Assembly: GCA_951406725.2 (NCBI GenBank)
Contig: OX597840.1
Coordinates: forward strand, 18,538,001-18,602,000
From: Octopus vulgaris
Lineage: Eukaryota
Direction: 5' to 3'
Length of the DNA stretch: 64,000 nt
Shown: positions 1-13,873 of the stretch, one piece after another
How the letters are laid out: each line of letters opens with the position of its first letter
Position numbering within the stretch: the first letter of the stretch is position 1
The notes under the pieces: model-generated
Database searches by the model: none
Told to the model about the DNA's origin: nothing
Seen by the model: the letters and a program-made list of their open reading frames with translations, nothing else
Position numbers and translations under genes: made by a program

Positions 1-479
1 CGGTGTTGGTTTGTTTGCGTCCTTGTAACTTAGCAGCTTGGCAAAACAAGACCGATAAAATAACCAGAAGACTTTACAGAAATAAGTACTGGGGTCGATT
101 TGTTTGACCAAACCTTTCATGTTGGTGCTGCAGCATGGTCATAGTATAACGAGTGAAACAAAAGACAGGTAGGTAGGTAGGTAGGTAGATAGACAGATAG
201 ATAGATGGACAGATAGATAGATAGGTAGGTAGGTAGGTAGATAGATGGATAGATGGAGAGATAGATAGAAGCACAATCTCCCCCATCAAAGTCTGGGGAG
301 CAGAATTGAACGAGAGATGATCAAGATATATATATATATATGTGTGAGGGTGTGTGTGTAAGAGAGAGGAAAGAAAGAAAGGGTCAAGAGGAGGTAACTG
401 CGTGTGGTGTGTTGCATGTGTGTGTGTGTGTGTGTGTCTTCGTGTTCGACCATTGACGGAGGTTGACGAAGTCGTGATG

Positions 480-865
480 TCTCTTCCTCTCACTTTACAT
501 CTTGGAAGAGCGATTGCGCTCGCTCGCTCTCTGGCTGTTGCGGCGCCGCCGCCGCCTCCAACCACCTCAACCGTCCACTCCGCCGCCCGCCGCCGCCGTC
601 GCCGCACTAGTGTCTCTATCACTACGACTACCGCAGCCACCGCTACCGCCTTTCATTTAAACTCCGGCTACTACCACCGCCGCCGCCACCACCACCACCA
701 CCACCTCTATCACTGCTATCGCTACCAGTAGTATTATCACCGCCGCCTCCACCACCACCGCCACCACCACTGTTACTACTACTAGCAGCCGCACATTGTA
801 CACCATCAGCTTCCTTAATGACACTGTTACGAATTGGCCGAGGTTTGCGGTGATGACCTGTAAAG
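480..865. promoter_or_regulatory. CpG-rich (CCG/ACC)n island: promoter/first exon on + or Gly/Ser-rich terminal exon on -
   Basis: The most CpG-dense non-TE stretch in the window. Possible + donor AAG|gtttga at 865/866, or - acceptor tttacag| with an open frame 857..643 (HHRKPRPIRNSVIKEADG...poly-G...NERR*). Confidence 0.35.
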
Positions 866-1011
866 GTTTGAAATCCCTTACAATTTTCATTTTCACTTTA
901 TTTCTTAAACCTCTTCATACATACATTCATATTTATGCCTCTATACGCTTCTATTTCCATATATACATTACATATAGGTAATGCGTGTATATTGCGAGTG
1001 TATGTACATGT

Positions 1012-1042
<31 letters not shown>

Positions 1043-2599
1043 CACACTCATGTATATTTATGCATATAAGTGTGCGTGTGTATATACATGAATCTAAATA
1101 TATTGATGTGGTATGTAATATGTTTTGTCATTTATATTTGGTCATCTGATTCTTTGTTTTTCCTACTTTCTCTCATTTTCTTCTCCTTTTCGTCGGTCCC
1201 TTCACTTTCTTTTTCTCTCATACTCTCTGTCTCTCTTTTTCTTTCTCTTTCTTTCATACAGTATGTCTCTCTCTCTTTCTCTCTCATACTACACGCGCGC
1301 GTGTGTGTATGTATGTATGTATATATATGTGTGTGTGTGTGTTTGTGTCACGTTGTTCTTTCTTCCTTTCTCTCTTATAACACTGCGTGTCTCCTCTCTC
1401 TTTCTGTATTTCTGTCTCCCTCTCATACTATCTGTCTGTCTCTCTCTCTCTCTCTTCCTTTCTGTCTTACTGCATATATCTTTCTTTTTATTCTCTCTCT
1501 CTCTCTCCCTTTCTGTCTTACTGTATATGTCTTTCTTTTCCTTTTATTCTCTCTCTCTCTCTCTCTCACCCTATGTGTGCATCTGTCCCCTACTTACTCC
1601 CTCTCTCTTTCTTATTCTGTCACACAGTCACACACCTTCTCCTCCCCCCTTCTCTCTCTCTCTCTCTCACGCGCACATTTCTCTTGTCCCTTTCTGTCAT
1701 TTTCCCAGTCTTATCCTCGATTCTTACTCTTTCATTTTTCACTTTCTTTCCTTGATACTTTCTCCCCTTCTCCCCCCTCTCTCTGAATTTCTCTCTCTTT
1801 GTATCTCTCTCTCTCTCTCTCTCCCTCCCTCAATATTGCAACCCTTTTCTGCCCACATACCCCCCCCCAACACCAGTTCCTTCCATTATAAACCTATTTC
1901 TTTCTCCTTCGTCCTCACTTATCATCTCTCTCTCACTTTGTTCTCCCATTTTTTCTTCTTCAATGTATCTTAATTTCTCTTTTCTCTCTCAACAGATGCG
2001 CACTTGTCCCCCCTCCCTTTCTCCCCTCCCCCATATATATACATATATACACACACGTATATTTATATACATATATATATATATATATATAACACCTTAC
2101 TGCTGCAACCGTTTCCCCACCAACCCTCTATTCTAGTCGGTGTATATATCGTATGTCGTTCACTGTATGTTGAAGGAAGACATCGTACAACAGCTTTCCC
2201 CACCAGAACTCTTGTATGCATGCATCCATGCATGCATGTTGGCATACATGTAATGCATGCATGTGTGCATACATGCATGCATGCATGTTAATCAATGTAT
2301 ATAAATATATGTATACTTTGAGGTCTCTTATTTTGTGCGTGTGCGTGTGTATATATATATACATATATAATGCATGTACGTACATGTCTATGTTTGTACA
2401 TACGTAGGTTATACATTTATATGTGTGCACGTATGTCTGTACCTTACTGTATGTATGTATGTATCACATACATGTATGTATATATCTGTGTTCATCAATA
2501 TATGCATGTTTGTCAGTGGCGTGTGTGTCTGTGTGTTTATAATGTATGCGTCCATGCATGCACGTACGTACGTACCTCTGAATGTGTGTACGTGCATAA

Positions 2600-2737
2600 T
2601 GCCTCTATCTGTCTGTCTGTCTATCTATATCATCTGTCTGTCTATCTATCTAGCTAGTATTCTATATCTATCTATCTATCTATCTAGCTATCTATATCTA
2701 TCTGTCTGTCTATCTATCTATCTATACCATCTGTCTG

Positions 2738-2789
<52 letters not shown>

Positions 2790-3040
2790 GCTATCTATCT
2801 ATCTATATCTATATGTCTGTCTATCTATCTATCTATCTATATCTATATGTCTGTCTATCTATCTATCTATCTATCTATATCTAGCTATCTATCTATCTAT
2901 ATCTATATGTCTGTCTATCTATCTATCTATCTATATCTATCTATCTATCTATATCTATCTATCTATCTATCTAGCTATCTATATCTGTCTATCTAGCTAT
3001 CTATATCTATCTAGATCTGTCTATCTATCTATCTACCTAC
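2600..3040. repeat. (CTAT)n/(CTGT)n microsatellite; similar tract 13640-14215; CT-rich tract 1150-2030
   Basis: Direct reading. Confidence 0.95.
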
Positions 3041-3298
3041 CGTTCAATCTAACTGTGTATGTGTGTGTGTGAATATATATATTGTCACTGTATATAGCTA
3101 TATGTAAATATGTGTTTCTTTATATGCATGAATGTGTGTATATATGTATGTACGTGTTTCTATGTAAATTTGGAATAGAATTGACTTCGTGTGTATGTAT
3201 GTATTAGCTTTTTTGCCTGTGATTATGGTATGTGTGTCTCTTAGATTGTCAGCATCTGTTCTGTATGTTTGCCTGTAAAATATACACAGTTGTCAGCT

Positions 3299-3346
<48 letters not shown>

Positions 3347-4585
3347 CATGTTTACACATGTAAATGTGTGTGGGTGGGTGCAAGTATATTCATTTGCGTC
3401 TAACGTGTGTCGGTCTGTTTATGCTTGTATGTACATGGATTAAAATATGCTTATACCTGTGTGAGTATGTGTGTGTCTGTCGGTGGTAAGTAGCTTGCTA
3501 ACCAACCACATGGTTCCGGGTTCAGTTCCACTGCGTGGCATCTTGGGCAAGTGTCTTCTGCTATAGCCCCGGGCCGACCAATGCCTTGTGAGTGGATTTG
3601 GTAGACGGAAACTGAAAGAAGCCTGTCGTATATATGTATATATATGTATATATGTGTATGTGTATGTCTGTGTTTGTCCCCGTAGCATTGCTTGACAACC
3701 GATGCTGGTGTGTTTACGTCCCCGTCACTTAGCGGTTCGGCAAAGAGACCGATAGAATAAGTACTGGGCTTACAAAGAATAAGTCCCGGGGTCGATTTGC
3801 TCGACTAAAAAGGCGGTGCTCCAGCATGGCCGCAGTCAAATGACTGAAACAAGTAAAAGAGTAAAGAGTAAAAAGAGTATATGTATAAGTATGCATAGAT
3901 CTGTGCGCTTGTGTATATATGTGAATGTTTGTATGACAGTTTATGGACATATTCATATGTGTGTGTATGTATATAATTGTGAGATAGTGTGTGTGTAAAT
4001 ATATTTATGTATGCATATATGTATGTGTAAGTCTCTATTTGCATATGTGTGTGCACATGTAGGTGCATGAATGGCAGTGTGGTAAGAAGCTTGTTTACCA
4101 ACAACATGGTTCCGGGTTCAGTCCTACAGCATGTCACTGTGGTCAAGTGTCTTTTACTATAGCCTTGGGCTGACCAAAGCTTTGTTATTGGATTTGGTAG
4201 ACAGAAACTGGAAAAAAGCTTGTCATGTGTGTATATGTGTGTGTGTCTTTGTGTCTCTGTCCCCCACCACCCCTTGACAACCGGTGTTGGTGTGTTTACA
4301 TCCGTGTAACTTAGCATTTAGCAAAAGAGACCAATGGAATAAATACCAGGCTTAAAAAAACAGTCAGTACTGGAGTTGATTCATTTGACTGAAAGTTCTT
4401 CAATGTGGTGCCCCAGCATGGCCACCAACTTATGAGTTCAACAAGTAAAATGTAAGAGATTAAAACAAGAAAAAGAAAGTTTGTTTAAACATATAATTGG
4501 GTGTGTGTGTGTGTGTGTGTGTGTGTATTTATATGTGTGTGTGTGTGTATATATATATGTGTGAGTGTGTGTATATATATATATT

Positions 4586-4626
<41 letters not shown>

Positions 4627-4806
4627 TCGCGGAGTGGTTGGCGTTAGGAAGGGCATCCAGCTGTAGAAACTCTGCCAGATCAGATTGGAGCCTGGTGCAG
4701 CCTCCTGGCTTCCCAGACCCCGGTCGAACCGTCCAATCCGTGCTAGCGTGGAAAACGGACGTTAAACGATGATGATGATGTATGTGTGTATATATATATA
4801 TAATAG

Positions 4807-4874
<68 letters not shown>

Positions 4875-7029
4875 TTATATAATATGTGTGTGTATATATG
4901 CATATATATGTGTGTATGTATAATTGTATTTGTATGTTTGTGCATACTTGCAGATGTATACCATATATATTATAGAAGTACATGCATGTAAGTGTATATT
5001 ATGGATGTATATGTCCATGTGTAAGTCCAAGAATATACATACACACACACACGTATGTATGTATGTTTACATATGCACAATGTCAAAACAGACAGCAAGG
5101 CATTGTGCAGTCTTCTGTTTGGCCAGCACCTGACAAACCGTCCAACTCATGCCAGCATGGAAAGCAGACGTTAAATGATGATTGTGTGTGTGTGCATACA
5201 TGTGGATGTATACTGCTATGCATGTTAATGTATGCAAGTGTGAGTCAGTCCAAGAATGTGTATATGTGTGTGTATACGTGTATATCTCTCTCACTATATA
5301 TAATATGTATATAGATAGATATGTATATATGTGCACACACTATTAATGTTATTCTATACATGTGCTGCTATGCATGTCCCTATGTACAGATTATTTTTAC
5401 TGAAAGTATTCCAGTCATTGACATTAATATTAATAATGATATTAAATTGAATAATTATCATAAAAATTATATTGCAAAGATTATGAGTAAGAGAGAGCGA
5501 GAGAGGGAGAGATGGGTGGACTGCTGGACGGAAGAGTGAGTGGGTGGGTCGGTGGACGAATGGAGACTGTTAGCTTACAGACAATTTTTATCAATGACGC
5601 GATACACACACACACACACACACATGTATATACACAGCTCAGAGCATCCATCTCTGTAGCTGTGCATGTGTGTATATTACATCATCATCATCATTTTAAT
5701 TTCCTCTTTTCCATGCTTGTTCGATTCCGGTGCAGGCGTGTCTGCCGTTCAGCAGTTTGCGTCTCAACCTCGTGGTTTCAAGTTCAGTTCCACTAAATGA
5801 CACCTTGAGGAAGTGCATTCTACTTTAGCGCCAAACTGACCAAAGCCTTCTGGTTGGGGAAACTCAAAGATGCATCTTTTGTGTGTGTGTGTGTGTGTGT
5901 GTGTAACTCCTCATCTTCACATTGGGATAATTACCTATTTCTTTACTACCCACAAGGGGCTAAGCACAGAGGGGACAAACAAGGACAGACAAAGGTATTA
6001 AGTCGATTATATCGACCCCAGTACATAACTGGTACTTATTTAATCGACCCTGAAAGGATGAAAGGCAAAGTTGACCTCAGCGGAATTTGAACTCAGAATG
6101 TAGTGGCAGACGAAATACCTATTTCTTTACTACCTACAAGGGGCTAAACACAGAGGGGACAAATAAGTATAGACAAAGGGATTAAGTCAATTACGTCGAC
6201 CCCAGTGAGTAACTGGTACTTATTTAATCGACCCCTGAAAGGATGAAAGGCAAAGTTGACCTCGGTGGAATTTGAACTCAGAACGTAGCGGCAGACGAAA
6301 TACGGTTACGCATTTCGCCTGGCGTGCTAACATTTCTGCCAGGTCGCCATCATGCCATCAGTGTCCATTGTGTAAACTTGGTTGGCCATGGGAAAATATT
6401 ACTTTACTTAGAAACAAGTGCAGGTTGTTGATAGGAAGAGCATCTGGCTACAGGAAATCTGCTTCAATGAATTCCTCTGACTCATGCAGGCATGGAAAAA
6501 TGGATGTTAGAATTATACATACATACTTATATATTCAAGGTGGTGTTCCAGTATGGCCATAGTCTAATGACTGAAACAAGTAAAAAATAGAAGATATATA
6601 AAAGAAGATTTGCTTCTCAACCACATGGTTCCGGGTTCAATTCCACTGCATGGCACCTTAGGCAAATGTCTTATATTATAGCCTTGTGTCAACCAAAGCC
6701 TTGTGAGTGGATTTGGTAGACGGAAACTGAAAGAAGCCCACCATATATGTGTATGTGTGTCTTTGTTTTTGTTTGTCCTCACTTATTGCTTGACAACTGG
6801 TGTTGGTGTTTCTATGTCCCCCATAACTTAGCAGTTCAGCAAAAGAAACTGATAGAATAAGTAGCAGGCTTTAAGGAAATACGTACTGGAGTCAATTCGT
6901 TTGATTAAAATCCTTCAAGGCAATGCCCCAGCATGGCCGCAGTCTGATGACTGAAACAAAGAAAAGATAAAAAATATAATTATTCAACATCTGCTTTTCT
7001 TGCTGGCATGGATTAGAAGGGTCATTAGG

Positions 7030-8211
7030 GTCCAAGTCATGGAATCTGACCAAATGAGGTTTATTTTCCAACATGGTCTCCCTTGCAGTCCACACACTTC
7101 TTCCATCAGTGTTGCAGTTCTTGGATTCCATTGGTGAAGAAGCTTTCATCCTGTTACACGAAAGAGTCATCAACAGCAGACATGCTGTCATCATCACTGC
7201 AACACTGGTTTCCAATCAAGTGATTTTTATAAGGTTGGGAAACAAATGATAGTCAGATGGGGCCAAGTTAGGGGAATAGGGAGGATGATCAGCACAGCAG
7301 TCATTGAGAGCAAGGGCTTGTGTACTGGAGCATTGTTCTGATAAAACAAGACCCATTTTGTGAGTTTTCCTCTGTATTTGTTCTTTATAACCTTTCATAA
7401 CTGCCCCTGCAAATTGGCATAGTACCCTCCATGATGGTGTGGCCCTTTTGAACATAGTCAATAAACAATGCTTTTTACATCTAAAAATACTGAGGCCATC
7501 ACCTTCCCTATAGATGAGACGACCTTGGTCTTCTTTGGAGCAGGTGAGGAGGGGTGTTTATCACAATATGGATTGTCTCTTGGTCTCTGGTTCAAAGAGA
7601 TGAAGGCAGCATTCGTCCTGGCTTTGGAAATGTTCACGGAAATCAGCTGGATCTGCCTCAAACATTGTCAGATTTTCCCGTGATGTGATCAGCCTGGTGA
7701 ACCTTTGTTCAGGCGTCAGAAGACAGGACACCCACCAAGCAGAAACCTTTATCGTGCAAGTCCATTGTGCAGAATATTCTTAGATCTTTCACACCATATG
7801 CTAATAGCATTGACTATTTGATTTAGAGTCAATTGCCTTGTCCCTCACCATATTGTGAATGCAATATTTTCCTTGGTTGTGGCAGTTACAGGACATTTAG
7901 ACCTTGTATCTTCTTCAAGACTCACCTTTTGCCTCCTAAATTCATTTGCTCACATTTGCACCATCAATAAAACCATGTTACCCTGACTGTTTTCTGTAGG
8001 TACTTGTTAATACCATGATGCCAAATTTTGTCCATTTTCAAGGAAAGTCAATACTAGTTACTTTTGAAATCTTCTTTGAACAGTCAGAAGTCAGTTTACC
8101 TGGACAGAAACAATGCATTTATTAATAAGAAGAGGTAAAATTAACGCATGCAAGATTTCACAACTCTAGCATCACTCCTTCATAGTCAGCCTTTGAATTT
8201 TTCAGCCCAAA

Positions 8212-8212
<1 letters not shown>
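7030..8212 (-). mobile_element. Degenerate mariner transposon
   Basis: HPSSPAPKK..SIGKVMASVF.D and HPPYSPNLAPSDYHLFPNL motifs in broken frames. Confidence 0.88.
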
Positions 8213-8266
<54 letters not shown>

Positions 8267-8631
8267 CACATATATATAATAATAATAATAGGGAATATAA
8301 TTCCAAACTTACAGGGAAAAATTCAATTTAGTATTAAATCAAATTTTACAGTATAAATATATATAAAATATAAATTAGAGATAAAACCACTATTATGCAA
8401 CTCAAACAGTCATAGAAATAGACCAAAACATAAATAACAAATAAAATATATATTTTTATAAAACATATAACTTATAACTATTATACTTATTATATTATAT
8501 ATTGATCATTCATTTTTATACCTTTTGAGATCTAGTTATATGCTTTATAAAAATATATATTATTTGTTATTTATGTTTTGGTTTATGTCTATCACTGTTT
8601 GAGTTGCATAATAGCGGTTTTATCTCTAATT

Positions 8632-8684
<53 letters not shown>

Positions 8685-9635
8685 TATATATATATATGCA
8701 TATGCAGGCAGGCATGGCTATGTGGTAAGAAGCTTGCTTACCAACCACATGGTTCCTGGTTCAGTCCCACTGCGTGGCATCTTGGGCAAGTGCCTTCTAC
8801 TATGGCCTTGGGCCGACCAAAGCCTTGTGAGTGGATTTGGTAAAGAGAAACTGAAAGAAGCCCTTCATATATATGTATGTATATGTTTGTGTGTCTGTGT
8901 TTGTCCCCACCCCATCGCTTGACAACCAATGTTGGTGCGTTTATGTCCCTATAGCTTAGCAGTTTCGGCAAAAGATACCGATACAATAAGTACTAGGCTT
9001 ACAAAGAATAAGTACTGGGGTCGATTCGTTTGACTAAAGACACTGCTTCAACATGGCCACAGTCAAATGACTGAAACAAGTAAAAGAATACAAACATACA
9101 TACATACATATATACATACATACATACATATGTTTTGAATTAATCATACAATATTTGTTAGCTTCAAAATTTTTGATGATGTGGTTCTATATTTTTAGAA
9201 TGACATTGTAGGGTAGGTGTGAGAGGTCCGATCTGGTTAGTTTGAGTATAAAGGATGACCCCCTTCGGTCATGAATGACCATAGGATTGCACCTAGAAAG
9301 TTACCCTCTGAAGTACAAATCCAGGCAAGGTTGTTTACAGAAAACCAGCAGTCGCTCATGCATATACAAGCCTGCCCTCTTGACCCCACCGATGTTATCC
9401 AAGGGAAAGGCAAAGGCTGATACAGCTTGGCGCCTGTAATGAAACAACTCATTTCTACAGTTGAGTGAACTGGAGCAACGTGAAATAAAGTGTCTTGCTT
9501 AAGAACACAACATGCAGCCGGTCTAAGAGTCAAACTCACAACCTCACGATCGTAATCTCAACACTCTAACCACTGAGTCATGTGCCTTCAGTTGAGTATA
9601 AAACTGGTAGAATATTTGAACTAGATTTGAACTAA

Positions 9636-9860
9636 AGGCAGTGAGCTGGCAGAAACGTTAGCACGCCGGGCGAAATTCTTAGCGGTATTTCATCTGCCAT
9701 TACGTGCTGAGTTCAAATTCCTCCTAGGTCGACTTTGCCTTTCATCCTTTCGGGGCTGATAAATTAAGTACCAGTTACGCACTGAGGTCGATGTAATCGA
9801 CTTAATCCCTTTGTCTGTCCCCTCTATGTTTAGCCCCTTGTGGGCAATAAAGAAATAAGA
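9636..9860 (+). mobile_element. SINE family B (tRNA-like head + gcctttcatcctttcggggtcgataaa..agtaccag domain, Meta/MESC-like); more than 20 copies
   Basis: Copies at about 5935-6350 -, 28395-28830 +, 29180-29510 +, 31450-31670 +, 32030-32430 +, 36985-37320 +, 45320-45540 +, 50300-50905 -, 54680-55005 -, 56560-57422 -, 57830-58045 -. Domain name is recalled, not searched. Confidence 0.85.
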
Positions 9861-10839
9861 ATATTTGGACTAAATCTGGCCAGTTTAAATACCAAAGGGT
9901 TAACTATCTATCTGGGTGCTGGCATAGCCACATGGCTAAGATAGTCATTTTGCAATCAAAAGATTACCAGTTTAATCCCAATGCATGGTGTTTGGGGCAA
10001 ATGTCATTCTTTGCCACAGGTGAGTCAAAGACTTGTGAACAATATTGGATAAAATGGAAACCAACCAGATGGATTGTAGTTGTAATCATTCAAAGGAGTA
10101 GCCATGTGCCACATGGTTTGCACTAGTCTCTCCTCAGGATTATCTTGTGAAGGAACATGGCTTTTATTGGTTTGAGTTGTTGGCTCACAATTGTTAGGTC
10201 ATGCATTGTGTCCTTGAGCAAGACACTTGATTCCATGTTGTTCCAGTCCACTCAGGTGGCAAAAATGAATCTTACCTGTAATTCAAAGAGCCAGGTGTGT
10301 CACATTTGGTGTGTCATGCACTGAATCCCCTTCAGAACTACATTAAGGGTATGCATGCATGTCTGTGGAGTGCTCAGCCACTTACACTCCCTTTTTTTTT
10401 TTTTTTTACTTGTTTCAGTCATGTGACTGTGACCATGCTGGAGCACCACCTTTAGTCGAGCAAATCAACCCCAGGACTTATTCTTTGTAAGCCTAGTACT
10501 TATTCTATCGGTCTCTTTTGCCGAACCGCTAAGTGACGGGGACGTAAACACACCAGCTTGATGTTGTCAAGCGATGTTGGGGGGACAAACAGACACAAAC
10601 ATATACAGACACATATATATATACATATATGCTTCTTTCAGTTTCTGTCTGCCAATTCCACTCACAAGAATTTGGTTGGCCAGAGGCTATAGTAGAAGAC
10701 ACACAGTGGCACTGAACCCAGAACCATGCGGTTCGTAAACAAGCTACTTACTACACAGCCACTCCTAACTTACCTTTTTTTTTTCCCTCTCTAACATGTA
10801 ACATTTTTATATGCACCTATATATATATATATATCACGA

Positions 10840-11168
10840 ATTGAACCAGCCAGGATCCCTGGTCTGGTGGTACGTGGAAAGCACTATCCGACTCGTGGCC
10901 GATGCCAGCACCGCCTCGACTGGCTTCCGTGCCGGTGGCACATAAAATACACCAATCTGACCGTGGCCGTTGCCAGCCCCGCCTGGCACCTGTGCAGGTG
11001 GCACGTAAAAAGCACCCACTACACTCACGGAGTGGTTGGCGTTAGGAAGGGCATCCAGCTGTAGAAACATTGCCAGATTAGACTGGAGCCTGGTGCAGCC
11101 TTCTGGCTTCCCAGAACTCCGGTCGAACCGTCCAACCCATGCTAGCATGGAGAACGGACGTTAAACGA

Positions 11169-11171
<3 letters not shown>
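10840..11171 (+). mobile_element. RTE 3' UTR fragment (others near 4625-4780 +, 14790-15000 +, 15235-15590 -, 28880-29180 +, 29527-29745 +, 50090-50270 -)
   Basis: Shares gcacccactacactcacggagtggttggcgttaggaagggcatccagc...ggacgttaaacga with the LINE at 27480-27675. Confidence 0.85.
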
Positions 11172-11222
<51 letters not shown>

Positions 11223-11311
11223 AGAGTTTCCAAAAAAAACAAAAGACGAAGAGACAGGTGGTGTACAAAACTAACAGATGTATTAGTATAGTGCTCAAGA
11301 ATAGAAAAAGT

Positions 11312-11347
11312 CTTTTACGTTTCGAGCGTACGCTCTTCTACAGAAAG
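11312..11347 (-). ncRNA. Minimal hammerhead-like motif (Penelope-type)
   Basis: Minus strand: CUUU-CUGUAGA-A-GAGC-guac-GCUC-GAAA-cg-UA-AAAG. A6 is replaced by U; stem III is reduced to one pair with a CG loop. Confidence 0.6.
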
Positions 11348-11839
11348 GAACACAGAAAAAAACAAGGAGAAAAAAAATGTGTGTAGTAGCTAACGATCTA
11401 TCATGGCATCTGTATATATGTATGTATATACGGTGGGTTTTTCTTCATTTTCCGTCTACCAAATCCACTCACAAGGTTTTGGTTGGCCCAAGGCTATGGT
11501 AGAAAACACATGCCCAAGGTGCCACACAGAGTGGACCGGGTGCTGTCTACCACGGCACCAGCAGAACTATACAATTGGGAAGCAAGCTTCTTACCAATCA
11601 ACCACACTTACACACACACACCATCATCATCATCAGCAGCAGTATTTAACATCCATATTTGTATGTTTGTATCCTCTTCCACCATTTGACGGCCAGTGTT
11701 GGTTTGTTTGCACTCCCATAACTTGGCAGTTTGGCAGGGGAGATTGAGAAATTGATAGAATAAGTTCCAAACTTTAAAAAAAAAAAAAGCATAACCAGGA
11801 TCCAATGTTTGAAAGAAGTAAAGGATGGATATGCACATG

Positions 11840-12680
11840 TGTGCTTATCCCTCCACCCGTGCCAATCTACCCCATTCAACTGGCTACTCATCTATGTATT
11901 TATTGATTCATCTACCCATCCATTCAACTATGTCTATTTGTCTGTCCTGTGGGTACGTCATCTACCCCCATCCCCCATTGTCTATTCAATGATCCAACTG
12001 TCTACCCACCTATCTACCCATCTATTTGTCAATCCACCCAACCAGTGAACTCTTCATCTATTTTGTTTATATGTCTATCCATTCTTTCTATCTTGCTATC
12101 CATCCACCCTTTTCAAATATCAACTGTCTCATTTATTTATCTGTCTGTTGAGTCAGTACTTTCATTTATGTATCTTTCTGTCTGGCTATCTACCCAACCA
12201 TCTATCTATCCACCCTTTTCAAATAGCAATTTACCCTATTCAACTATCTATTCATCTATGTGTCTAGCAATCCACCCAGCCAATTGTTCGTCTATTTGTT
12301 TGTCTGTCTGTTGATTCTGTTCTCTCAGACATCCATCTATCTATCCACCCTTTTCATATATCAATCTACCCCATTCAACTATCTATGTATCTGTCAGTCC
12401 ACCCAGCCAACTGTTCGTCTGTTTATCTGTCTGTCAATTCAGTACTCTCATCTATCCATCTATCTGTTTGGGTGTCCATTCATCCACCCATGTCATATCC
12501 CAATCTACCCCATTCAACTATCTACCCATATATATGTCCTTCCATTTATTTAAGTTACCACCAGTTGTCTTTCTATCTATCCATCCCTCTAGCTATCCAT
12601 CCATCCATCGAGTTGTCTATATGCATCTACCCTTTCCATCTGTCACTCTACCCCATTCCCACCCTTATATCTATTTGTGT
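11840..12680. repeat. Degenerate TCTA/TCCA-based tandem repeat
   Basis: Recurring variants of tctaccccattcaactatcta and ccacccagccaa.tgttcgtct with roughly 130-bp spacing in 12230-12530. Confidence 0.65.
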
Positions 12681-12923
12681 CTTCTTACTAAAGTCTTTCT
12701 GATTTTAACTGGAAATTTAGAAATGTGTGTGTGTGTATATGCACACACACACACACACACACACACATAGGTGTAAGCATGGCTGTGTGGTAAGAAGTTT
12801 CTTTCCCAACCACAAGGTTTTGGGTTCAATACCAGTGTGTGGTACCTTGAACAAGTGTTTTCTACTATAGATTTGGGTCAACCAAAGCCTTGTGAGTGGT
12901 GGACAGAAACTGAAAGAAACCTG

Positions 12924-12956
<33 letters not shown>

Positions 12957-13799
12957 TCCCCACTACTGCATGACAACCGGTGTTGGTGTGTTTACATCCC
13001 CGTAACTTAGCAGTTTGGCAAAAGGGGCCGATACAATAAATGCCATCCCAGGTTTAAGAGATAAAAAAATTTGTACTGGAGCTGATTCATTCAACTAAAA
13101 ATTCCTCAAGGCAGTGCTCCAGCATGGCCGCGGTCTAATGACTGGAACAAGTAAAAGATGAGAGAGAGAGAGAGAGAGAGAGATAGCAGTGTGTGTGCAT
13201 GCTTATGTATTAGTGTGTGTATGTATTGTGTTTGTGTGTGTGGTGTTTGTTTTCTTTTTGTGTTTATTGTTGTTGTTGTTGTTGTTGATGTGTCATGAGA
13301 TGAAGAGGCTGACACTGTTCGGGGTGGGGGAATGGGGTGGGTCTTGTGTTGCACAGAAGAGAATGAGGAACAGCTCTTTCCCCAGCTCTGTCTTTTCAGT
13401 TAACCGCCTGTCGTCTACGAAGCTCCGTGCAGCAGAAACAAGGAATCTATTTACTTATCTCTCTTCGTCTCTATCTCTCTCCATCCTATGCAGAATGTGC
13501 AATAAGCTAGCAAAGACGTAATCGTCTGTCTGTTTGTCTATCTGCCCGCCCGCCTGCCTGCCTGCCCGCCCGCCTGCCTGTCTGTTTATCTGTACAGAAT
13601 GTGGAATAGCTACCAAGCTCTGTCTTTTAGCATAATTGTCTGTCTCTTTGTCTCTCTATCTCTTTGTCTGTCAGTCTGTCTATTTATATATCTGTCTGTG
13701 TGTCTATTTGTATGTCTGTCTATATATATAGATAGGTGGATGGATGGATATACTTATATACATAACTGTTTGTATATCTATCCATCCACCTTCTATCTA

Positions 13800-13830
<31 letters not shown>

Positions 13831-13839
13831 GTCTATCTA

Positions 13840-13873
<34 letters not shown>

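Noticed and set aside
2101-2210. - strand exon candidate upstream of the Gly-rich frame
   Set aside because: The donor is plausible, but the acceptor is poor and the peptide is uninformative.
1070-2790. ORFs of up to 282 aa rich in L/S/Y/I, and similar ones at 13.6, 23.6, 30, 36.3, 40 and 58.5 kb
   Set aside because: Translations of (CT)n, (TA)n, (TG)n and (CTAT)n microsatellites.
3440-3688. Recurrent small ORFs such as RLPNPLTR/HLPKVP and QIHSQGFG
   Set aside because: Antisense readings of SINE family A, repeated at many copies.
6944-6960. CTGATGA-ct-GAAAC hammerhead-like string
   Set aside because: A point variant of the SINE A tail hairpin; there is no room for stem II and no stems I or III.
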